Shown: one piece after another, positions 40,100-47,868 of the stretch
Numbering within the stretch: position 1 is the stretch's first letter
Layout of the letters: every line of letters starts with the position of its first letter
Virus record (IMG/VR): IMGVR_UViG_3300005573_000001
DNA length: 64,000 nt
Origin: a virus
Strand: one strand, 5' to 3'
Program-made: the position numbers and the translations under genes
The notes under the pieces: model-generated
The model's database searches: none
Told to the model about the DNA's origin: nothing
What the model saw: the letters and a program-made list of their open reading frames with translations, nothing else

Positions 40100-40859
40100 T
40101 GACATATTAATCTACATGGACTGCCCCGTTAAGTACCTAATCAAACAGCGAACGGCTGAGTCCAAAGCATGTAGCATAAATAGGGAGTTTGACGAGGCCA
40201 TACATAAGGTTCTATTATACTATTACTACAAGAAGATGAATGGCCAGGAAGTCGGCATCACAGCCATGAAAAGGAGATGGGGAGAACTATGGTATACGCC
40301 AGGAACTCCCAATGATTATGCACTGCGAGAGAACAGGTATAGGGACAAAAGAAGGCAGCTTGAGCTATATGGAGTAATGCTAATAGACGCATTCTACAAT
40401 AACGAAGGGCATACCGGGGCAGTCCCCTTAATTGTAAACGCACAAAGTCAGGTCCAAGTTGGCAAGCACGTCGTAACTGTAAATATAGAGCTCGTACGTC
40501 GAGCCAAAGATAAAAAGGTAGAGTTAGTTGACTTTCGCATAGGAACCGTATACCCAAAGAACATCGTCGTAAACAGAGACCTCTCTCTCTCAGCACAAGC
40601 CAAAGCATTCCGCACAACATTCGACATGGAAGAGGACCGCATAATATTGTCGTATATGCACCAAGCTGGGATGGGAGCACACGACTTTACCGTAAGAAGA
40701 ACAGAAGAACACATAAGAAAGTTTGAATGCATCGCCGAGATGGCGATTACAGGAATAGAGAACGAAGTGTTCTATCCTCGATACAGTAAAGATTGTTATA
40801 CCTGTTTGTATCAGGGGATGTGCAACGCAATTAGATTTAAGAAGGTGAAAAAATGTTAG
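40083..40859 (+). CDS. PD-(D/E)XK (Cas4/AddB-like) family protein, possibly catalytically altered
   Basis: N-terminal CP, C-terminal CYTCLYQGMC cluster; catalytic region reads IELV..VDFR. Confidence 0.65.
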   Translation: MRVDISDILIYMDCPVKYLIKQRTAESKACSINREFDEAIHKVLLYYYYKKMNGQEVGITAMKRRWGELWYTPGTPNDYALRENRYRDKRRQLELYGVMLIDAFYNNEGHTGAVPLIVNAQSQVQVGKHVVTVNIELVRRAKDKKVELVDFRIGTVYPKNIVVNRDLSLSAQAKAFRTTFDMEEDRIILSYMHQAGMGAHDFTVRRTEEHIRKFECIAEMAITGIENEVFYPRYSKDCYTCLYQGMCNAIRFKKVKKC

Positions 40860-41017
40860 AGTTAGTTAAAGATGGTAAGGTAGTCCTTACTATAGACGAC
40901 CGTGGGAATATGTGTGGAGAGTTACTTGACAATATGAAGGCCAAAGCTGACGAGCTTGCCCAAAAAGGCAAGTTACCAATACCAGATAAGGCCAAGGAGA
41001 AGAAGAATGAAAAATAG
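40853..41017 (+). CDS. small hypothetical protein (54 aa, not in the ORF track)
   Basis: ATG at 40853 after AAGGTG; MLELVKDGKVVLTIDDRGN...; fills the gap between neighbours. Confidence 0.55.
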   Translation: MLELVKDGKVVLTIDDRGNMCGELLDNMKAKADELAQKGKLPIPDKAKEKKNEK

Positions 41018-41249
41018 AGAATTAGTACCGAGCAAGGTAGCCGTCATTTATGACACCTATAATCCTCAGGAAGTCCTGGACATCGTGCCGGTCGAGGTCT
41101 TTAGCTCACTAGGAATAGGCGATACAATTATAATAAGGAGCTTTGGGGCTGACAATAAACTAATTGAAATATACAAGAACATTGCAGACAAACAAATAAT
41201 CCTTAACCACACATTAGGGTCTATAGACTACAACATTATTGCCGGATAA
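41007..41249 (+). CDS. hypothetical protein
   Basis: ATG at 41007 after AAGGAG; 80 aa. Confidence 0.5.
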   Translation: MKNRELVPSKVAVIYDTYNPQEVLDIVPVEVFSSLGIGDTIIIRSFGADNKLIEIYKNIADKQIILNHTLGSIDYNIIAG

Positions 41250-41264
41250 TAGGAGAGATACTAA

Positions 41265-43283
41265 ATGGCATACCCAGTACTAAATAACTGGAGTGCTGTT
41301 CAGAGCGCGCCCCCTATCAGTAAGAATGACCTTATACAGATACAGTACGCTGTCGACGAGTATAGGGCTAAATTCAAACATAGGGATATGACGCCGTTCG
41401 CGTGGCACTTCAAGGGTAATAAACTACAAGGATGGGAAGGTTGCGACATAGTTGGCTCATGTGTAAGGCCAACTGATGTCATGGTTAGCCCAGTACTTGT
41501 AACTGGCGACGACATAGGATGTACTATTACGTGTAATGCAGACGTATACAAGTACTTTAGCATGATGGTTACAGTCGAAGGACACGAGGACGCAGAGGCG
41601 ACACTATCATACTACAGCGACGAAGAGACGGTAGCAGGGTCCGTAAGTCTAATTTGCCCAGCAGGCGGACCATACATAATAGCGCACGACCTATCTAGTG
41701 AGGCAAACTATACCGGTACAATATATCAAATAACCCTAAGCTTCTCCTGCAATGTTCTAATCCAATATGTCAAGATAGACAGTATACAAACAATCTATAT
41801 CGACGAGAGAAGAGTTGTGGAGGCACAATACTTCAATACTATCCTTAATGGCGTAGAAGAAGTATCTAATCCTCCGAGAGCTCCAACCACACAAAGAACC
41901 AACAAGATTGACCTTAGAACAAACTTAGCTAAAGTAGGAAAGCCAACAAGCAAGAAAAAGCTCAGAAACCTGCTTACAGCACTAGAAAACATATATCAGT
42001 CGGCATACAACGGGTGTGCGGCGTGCGATATAAATACCCAAACCTGTACAGTAGCTTACGGCATGGTTGGTTGTGCGACCTGTAATACATGCAACGGATA
42101 TACAGCTTGTAGCTGCGACATGAGTTGCTATGAGGAAAGCGTACGGTGCAGGTGCGAACCAGCGAGTTATGGTGTCCATTGTACATGCAACCAGACGGCA
42201 CACACGGCATGCACCTGTAATACCACACAGTACAGTACGGGCTATGGAGCCGAGGTAACAGCGACATGGGAAGCCACATGCACATATACATACCGTGACA
42301 GACAGAATGCCAGCACGTATGGGTGGCGTGGCGACCCCGAAGATAATTACGAAGGGTGGCACCCATGGATATATCACGGGGCCTTCAGAGACGAGGACGT
42401 AAATCCTATATATCCTGACTACGGATTACATCGAGGGTTTATATTCTTCGATACAGCCAACATCAGAGCCACGCTAGCCGGAGCACAAATCCTAAAGGTA
42501 AGACTATACATAAAACGGGCAGCTACTCCACACGGACAAGTCAATGGCGGGCGCGTAAAGTTCAATCTGCACAACTATGGTCCCGATATATACGAAACCC
42601 CGTTACCAGACATCAGAACGTACCAACCACCAAGTAAGTACTTTGCTAACCCGACGGAACTGTTAAAGTACGGGCCACAAGTAATGCCTAACACGGGGTG
42701 GTTTGCCACCAACGGCAGCGGATATATAGCCGGCACCGATACTCCAGACGGCAGCATATATACGACGTGGCCGCGCGGCACAGCAAGGTGGATAGTCCTA
42801 CCGCTATGGTACGGCACTAAGATAAGAGACGGAGAGGCGCAAGGCATTGTTTTGCATACCAACATTACAGAGGAAGACACTGGCATAGACAATGTAAAGC
42901 GCACGCGCAGCTATAACTACAACAAGAGCTACATGTACTTCTGCAGCTCGCCAATGTCTGCGGGAGCAAAGAAACATTGGCCCAGCTATGTCAAGTGGTG
43001 GGAGCCAGCCAAATTAGAGATTACATACAAACCCCTACTGTGTGGCTGTTATACAAGCAAATATAACCAGTGCCTATGTAATATGGCCAAATACGGGTAC
43101 TCCTGTACATGCGATGGAACAGATATCGCAAGCAGGGTCTGTACATGTAACCAAGCAGCATACGGAGCAACGCCATGCTCAGTATGTGACATAACTAACG
43201 ACGGCTATAGTGCGTGCACGTGCAATATAGGCTGTTACGAGGATACGTGCAGGGATTGTCACAACACTGGATACCATACATAA
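41265..43283 (+). CDS. cysteine-rich protein (two CxC-rich tracts flanking a DNRLRE-like domain); candidate radical SAM substrate
   Basis: Dense CxxC/CxC repeats at about aa 250-320 and 590-670; central RGFIFFD..IRATLAGAQILKVRLY...PAKLEITY. Confidence 0.7.
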   Translation: MAYPVLNNWSAVQSAPPISKNDLIQIQYAVDEYRAKFKHRDMTPFAWHFKGNKLQGWEGCDIVGSCVRPTDVMVSPVLVTGDDIGCTITCNADVYKYFSMMVTVEGHEDAEATLSYYSDEETVAGSVSLICPAGGPYIIAHDLSSEANYTGTIYQITLSFSCNVLIQYVKIDSIQTIYIDERRVVEAQYFNTILNGVEEVSNPPRAPTTQRTNKIDLRTNLAKVGKPTSKKKLRNLLTALENIYQSAYNGCAACDINTQTCTVAYGMVGCATCNTCNGYTACSCDMSCYEESVRCRCEPASYGVHCTCNQTAHTACTCNTTQYSTGYGAEVTATWEATCTYTYRDRQNASTYGWRGDPEDNYEGWHPWIYHGAFRDEDVNPIYPDYGLHRGFIFFDTANIRATLAGAQILKVRLYIKRAATPHGQVNGGRVKFNLHNYGPDIYETPLPDIRTYQPPSKYFANPTELLKYGPQVMPNTGWFATNGSGYIAGTDTPDGSIYTTWPRGTARWIVLPLWYGTKIRDGEAQGIVLHTNITEEDTGIDNVKRTRSYNYNKSYMYFCSSPMSAGAKKHWPSYVKWWEPAKLEITYKPLLCGCYTSKYNQCLCNMAKYGYSCTCDGTDIASRVCTCNQAAYGATPCSVCDITNDGYSACTCNIGCYEDTCRDCHNTGYHT

Positions 43284-43291
43284 GAGAGACA

Positions 43292-44518
43292 ATGGACATT
43301 CGTAACAATCAGGCATTAGACGCGGCCGAAACCTTCCCAGTTACATCAATAACGCTAGAGCTTACGAAGAGATGTCCCCTAGCGTGCGACTACTGTTTTA
43401 GTCATTGTTTCAACAAAGAAACCAACCAGACAGACCTATCCCCTGAAATGGGAAAGAAGGCCATAGACTGGCTGTTCGATCCAAAGACTAACGGTAACGC
43501 CACTTCAGTCGATATAAGCTTCTGGGGTGGCGAACCGTTAGTTAAGTGGGACTTACTAAAGGAGCTTGTACTCTATGCAGAAGGCAAATCCAAAGATTCG
43601 GGCATAGGAGTAACATTCGGCGGGACTACTAACGGTGTACTCCTAACACCAGACAAGTTTGATTTCCTGGATCAACATAGTATATTTTTCCTCCTTTCAA
43701 TAGACGGTACCCGCGAACATCACGATGCCTTTAGGAGGTTCCCGAATGGCAGCGGGTCATGGGACATTATTATGCGTAATGCAGAACAAGTCCTAGCCCG
43801 CTGGCCATTCTATAAAGTAAGATTATCATTCACAGTAGAGCACATAGAAGGCCTGCTTGAAGACATCAAGTGTCTCTACGACAATGGATTTAGAGAAATT
43901 ATATATTCTCCAGTATCGGAAGGGAATTGGACGCACGAAAAGTTGGACACGCTGAAGAGCGTCTTCCATAACATTGCACAATGGTATATGGAGACTAAGA
44001 TAAACGGCAAGCCAATTAGTATTAAATATATAGACGACGGGTGCAACCAGTTAGTCAGACCTATGGGAGAACAAGCTCCATGCGGAGCCGGAAGGGGGTA
44101 CGTAGGGATAGCCGTAGACGGGAGTATCGCACCATGCCACCGATTCCATAAAGTAGACGACATTCGTCCATGGTATGAAAAGGAGACCTGCTTAGGGCAC
44201 ATAGAGTACGGTATACTTAACCACAGCCTAAGGAATCAGTTCACAAGGTGGAAACCAGAGAACGTAATGTGCAGCAGGTGCGGGGCATTTAAGGTATCAT
44301 GTACCGGAGGCTGCTGGGCCAGTAACTATGACATAAACGGAGACATATGCAAACCAACTGAGCCGCTTTGCACAGTATCACAGGTAAACCTAGAGGTTGC
44401 CAAAGCGATACGAGAGACAGAGAGAGAATACTACAAGGCAATAAGCTGCAACCACAACGACATCACGGCATACCTAAGCAAACAGCTCGACATAATAAGA
44501 CAGACCTTAGGAGACTAA
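43292..44518 (+). CDS. radical SAM/SPASM-domain enzyme (anSME/ranthipeptide maturase-like)
   Basis: CPLACDYC, FWGGEPL, TTNGVLL, SIDG; SPASM CGAGRG..DGSIAPCH..CSRC..SCTGGC..C..C. Confidence 0.92.
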   Translation: MDIRNNQALDAAETFPVTSITLELTKRCPLACDYCFSHCFNKETNQTDLSPEMGKKAIDWLFDPKTNGNATSVDISFWGGEPLVKWDLLKELVLYAEGKSKDSGIGVTFGGTTNGVLLTPDKFDFLDQHSIFFLLSIDGTREHHDAFRRFPNGSGSWDIIMRNAEQVLARWPFYKVRLSFTVEHIEGLLEDIKCLYDNGFREIIYSPVSEGNWTHEKLDTLKSVFHNIAQWYMETKINGKPISIKYIDDGCNQLVRPMGEQAPCGAGRGYVGIAVDGSIAPCHRFHKVDDIRPWYEKETCLGHIEYGILNHSLRNQFTRWKPENVMCSRCGAFKVSCTGGCWASNYDINGDICKPTEPLCTVSQVNLEVAKAIRETEREYYKAISCNHNDITAYLSKQLDIIRQTLGD

Positions 44519-44519
44519 A

Positions 44520-44873
44520 GTGGAAGACGTACTACAATTCATGGTCATAGAAGCTGTAGAAGACGGGACAGTCATTATAGTACGCATACTATTTACTGAG
44601 GCATCGCTCATACTACTAAGCAGAATGTGCGCAGTAGACGAGGACATAATTGAGGACGTAGAGAAGGCGATATTGGAAGATGACGAGGCTAGGAAGAATC
44701 TAACCGAAGAAGACAAGGACGACATAATTTGTCTAGCCGAGCTCACGGGCATAATAAGCAACTTCATAAAACAGTACATATGCAGCGATGCTAATGCAAT
44801 AGCTATACGCCCAACCAGTAACGAGTACGGCAATGAGTTCGAGGCCATAATTTCAATCAAGAAAGAGAGTTAA
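44520..44873 (+). CDS. acidic hypothetical protein
   Basis: 117 aa, GTG start after GGAG. Confidence 0.5.
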   Translation: MEDVLQFMVIEAVEDGTVIIVRILFTEASLILLSRMCAVDEDIIEDVEKAILEDDEARKNLTEEDKDDIICLAELTGIISNFIKQYICSDANAIAIRPTSNEYGNEFEAIISIKKES

Positions 44874-45017
44874 GTACCGTGGGACCTTACCTGTTAGGCT
44901 ACAGGCAAGAAGACAGTTAGGGAGGACAATAATACTGGAGCTATACACAAAGCATGTAAAGCAACAGACGCGCTAGCCACCGCATACATACACTTACCTA
45001 AAGGGGAGCAAGTCTAG

Positions 45018-45275
45018 ATGCTAATAACAAGGAACAACATAAGTGTAGAAATCAGTTTAGAGGAGCTTAAAGAAATTACTAGTTCCGAACAACTAATACA
45101 GTTTATCTTAGAGATTACGGCAGTGCCGGGACAAAACGAGCTGCCAGTAATCCAAAAATCCCCCAAGATGACACCCACCAATAAATATAACATCCTCGAC
45201 AGCGCTATTACCGACATAATCAAGGATAACATCAGGAAAGACTATGGAAGATCAGAAAACAATATCGCCGAGTGA
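45018..45275 (+). CDS. hypothetical protein
   Basis: 85 aa, GGGGAG RBS. Confidence 0.5.
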   Translation: MLITRNNISVEISLEELKEITSSEQLIQFILEITAVPGQNELPVIQKSPKMTPTNKYNILDSAITDIIKDNIRKDYGRSENNIAE

Positions 45276-46059
45276 CTACGAGGAAATCGACAAGTTAGTC
45301 CTAAGGTACCAAAGCGGCGACAGCAAGGCAGCGGAAAGGCTCATAGTGGTTTTCGAACCGCTTATAAAAAAGTACTACTCTATCATAAGAACCGAGTGTA
45401 TAAGTTATAACGACTGGGATACACGACGCTTCCTGCGCCTATTCTGTCCCAGTAAAGAAATAAGGAAGCGCTTCCTACACAAGCCCTTCATGATGCGCTA
45501 CAAACAATACATTGAGGCCGCACTTACGGCGCTACATAGAATGTGCGATCCATTACCCAGCGAAGATATAAGACAAGAGTTAATCACACAGCTCTTAGAA
45601 ATAGCCCATAAATACAAGCCACCAGAGAATAAAAGATCATCATTCTGTAACTACCTAGAAATTTCGTACCCATTCTATATTTACAGAGCCATAATGAAAC
45701 TCACGAGAGAACCGTGCGCCTATAACACAGAACATTCAGTGTCGTACGACGCATACAGGTACATAATCGAGAAGACGTCGGTATACAGAATGGAAGACTC
45801 ATGTATAAACAGTTTACTATGTAACCAAGCTCTAAAGATGTTAGACCCTATACAAAAATACATACTAGATATGTATTATAATCAAGGATTAAATGATACA
45901 AGCATTAGTAAAATTATGGGATATAGCCGACAGTATATACATAGGATAAGACAAGAGGCTGAAAACATTATAGCAGCTCAATTAGGACCGGAGTATAAAA
46001 GAATTTTAACGGCTAAGAGTAAGAGACATACGAAAGATGCCAAAGATCACACACTGTAA
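45244..46059 (+). CDS. RNA polymerase sigma factor-like protein
   Basis: LVLRYQSGDSKAAERLIVVFEPLIKK (region 1.2/2), EDIRQE, SFCNYL and region 4 HTH ISKIMGYSRQYIHRIRQEA. Confidence 0.75.
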   Translation: MEDQKTISPSDYEEIDKLVLRYQSGDSKAAERLIVVFEPLIKKYYSIIRTECISYNDWDTRRFLRLFCPSKEIRKRFLHKPFMMRYKQYIEAALTALHRMCDPLPSEDIRQELITQLLEIAHKYKPPENKRSSFCNYLEISYPFYIYRAIMKLTREPCAYNTEHSVSYDAYRYIIEKTSVYRMEDSCINSLLCNQALKMLDPIQKYILDMYYNQGLNDTSISKIMGYSRQYIHRIRQEAENIIAAQLGPEYKRILTAKSKRHTKDAKDHTL

Positions 46060-46537
46060 GGGATGCGGTAAAGAGATTTCATATCAGACTAAGCCACCGC
46101 AGTATTGTGCAGAATGTAAGACAAAGACTACAACCAAACATAAAAAGGGACCGTTCAAATGGAAAAAAGAGGCCCACCTGTTTCATATCCTAGGAGAACT
46201 ATGCAAGAACTACGAGTGCATATACAATGGGTATTACTCGTGGCTTGTGTCTCCTAAGGGAGAACCTATGCAGCTAGACTGGTATTGTCCTGAGCTAAAA
46301 GTAGCGGTCGAACTACAAGGAAGGCAACATTACGAATATTCAAACTATTTTCACAAAAGCAAGCGAGCATTTAGGTATCTACAGGAATGTGACGCACTAA
46401 AGGTAGTGCAGTGTACAGAACACGGGGTCAAACTAATTATAGTAAAGTACGACAACACAATAACCAAAGAGTACATGCTAACCAAACTAAGGGAACAAAT
46501 CCCAGACATAGAGAAAGTAATAGGTCTTGACCAGTAA
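46037..46537 (+). CDS. zinc ribbon plus Vsr/DUF559-like endonuclease
   Basis: CKGC..CAEC and MQLDWYCPELKVAVELQGRQHY. Confidence 0.7.
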   Translation: MPKITHCKGCGKEISYQTKPPQYCAECKTKTTTKHKKGPFKWKKEAHLFHILGELCKNYECIYNGYYSWLVSPKGEPMQLDWYCPELKVAVELQGRQHYEYSNYFHKSKRAFRYLQECDALKVVQCTEHGVKLIIVKYDNTITKEYMLTKLREQIPDIEKVIGLDQ

Positions 46538-46565
46538 CTACAACTACAGTATAATAGGAGATAAG

Positions 46566-47336
46566 ATGACATTTACAGACGCACTTTATGAAGCAATAAT
46601 TGCCGAGAATATAGAGGATGCGAGTAAACACACAGAGCCTCACATTTACCCGAGTAGCATAGGGTCCTGCTCACGTAAAATAGCCTATGAAGTATTAGGG
46701 TACAAGGGAGAGGATGAAGAGCCTATTGCCTTAATGCGAATGAAAAACGGCACCTACTTCCATGAACGCGTAGAAGCCCTAATTAAGAGGACAGACATAT
46801 ACATAGCTAACGAATACAGGGTAGTCAACGCAAGTAAAAAAATATCAGGGCGGAGCGACCTATTAATTAAAAACATTTACCCGCATAAGCCATCTAATAA
46901 TATTATCAAGCTATATAGGGCCACAGAAACAGAGGAAGAGCCCGAGGTATTATACGAAGGACCAGACAATGATATAATGATCGTAGAGCTGAAGAGCATA
47001 AAGTCCAAGAAATACGCGCAACTACTAAGAGATAATAGTCCTAAGAAAGAGCATGAAATGCAGCTGCAATTGTACATGGAAGAGACGGGTATCAAAGCGG
47101 GACTAATAGTATACGAGAACAAGGATACCCAAGCCATGAAAGAGTTCATTGTAAACTATGACCCCGATATAGTAGCGGCCGTCAATACACAAATAAATCT
47201 AGTATGCGAACATATAGATAGAGGGGAGCTACCACCAAGAGAATACAGCCAATCAGACGGAGAATGCTTCTGGTGTAAGTATAAGCAATACTGTTGGAAA
47301 GACGAAGACGCTCTAGATCTACATAAGCTCTTCTAG
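46566..47336 (+). CDS. Cas4-like PD-(D/E)XK exonuclease
   Basis: YPSSIGSCSR, GTYFHE, SGRSD, VELKS, QLQLYM and CFWCKYKQYC. Confidence 0.85.
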   Translation: MTFTDALYEAIIAENIEDASKHTEPHIYPSSIGSCSRKIAYEVLGYKGEDEEPIALMRMKNGTYFHERVEALIKRTDIYIANEYRVVNASKKISGRSDLLIKNIYPHKPSNNIIKLYRATETEEEPEVLYEGPDNDIMIVELKSIKSKKYAQLLRDNSPKKEHEMQLQLYMEETGIKAGLIVYENKDTQAMKEFIVNYDPDIVAAVNTQINLVCEHIDRGELPPREYSQSDGECFWCKYKQYCWKDEDALDLHKLF

Positions 47337-47370
47337 TCAACCACATATAGTAACCCCTAGGGAAAACAAC

Positions 47371-47417
47371 AAAAAAAGACAATAGCTAGTCTAAGGACTA
47401 ACTATTGTTTTATTTTT
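47371..47417. terminator. probable bidirectional intrinsic terminator at the convergence of the + and - arms
   Basis: AAAAAAGA-CAATAGCTAGTC-TAAG-GACTAACTATTG-TTTTATTTTT, a hairpin flanked by A and T runs. Confidence 0.7.
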
Positions 47418-47857
47418 AAGGGTTTTGGATTACGTGTAAGCAAATAAGCCTCAACAGCATCAGCAGTATTCAGTTGCCTGTCTTCCTCGGTGGTCACATC
47501 AAGAGGAACAAGGTACATGACATACTGACAATCTGAAGACATCGAGAAGTACATAATAGTATGACCAAGCGAGTCAGTGTCAACCAAGTAGAAAGCCCCG
47601 GGACGATCTAAGAAACGCAACAACTTAAAATCCACATCAGCAAAGTCTTCAGTACTAACGAGGATATAGCGAGGAGACGACAAACCAGTAGGTAAATACG
47701 ACGAAAGTAACGGGTTTACCTCAAGAGTACCAGAGGAGATGTCACTAAAGACAGAGAGCGGAAGGTCAAAAGCTATAAACAAGAGACGATATGCTTGGCA
47801 AGCAGGAAAGACAACGTCCTCAAACCAGCGGCGCAAACGTAAACGTGCACGTGTCAT
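47402..47857 (-). CDS. hypothetical protein
   Basis: 151 aa, AGGAG RBS. Confidence 0.55.
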   Translation of the reverse strand: MTRARLRLRRWFEDVVFPACQAYRLLFIAFDLPLSVFSDISSGTLEVNPLLSSYLPTGLSSPRYILVSTEDFADVDFKLLRFLDRPGAFYLVDTDSLGHTIMYFSMSSDCQYVMYLVPLDVTTEEDRQLNTADAVEAYLLTRNPKPLKIKQ

Positions 47858-47868
47858 AGAGTAGGCTC

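Noticed and set aside
40926-40954. TTGACA hexamer as a promoter
   Set aside because: There is no -10 element at 16-18 bp, and it lies inside a small ORF.
44874-45017. 144-nt gap with a small hairpin (CCTGT/ACAGG) as a possible ncRNA
   Set aside because: The structure is too weak and there is no promoter or family motif to support a call.
46566-47336. Cas4 as evidence of a CRISPR-Cas locus
   Set aside because: It is a stand-alone Cas4-like nuclease, common in phages, with no other cas genes or array in the window.
105-47382. Numerous - strand ORFs in the left arm (and + strand ORFs in the right arm)
   Set aside because: They are antisense shadows of longer genes, without RBS or recognisable motifs.
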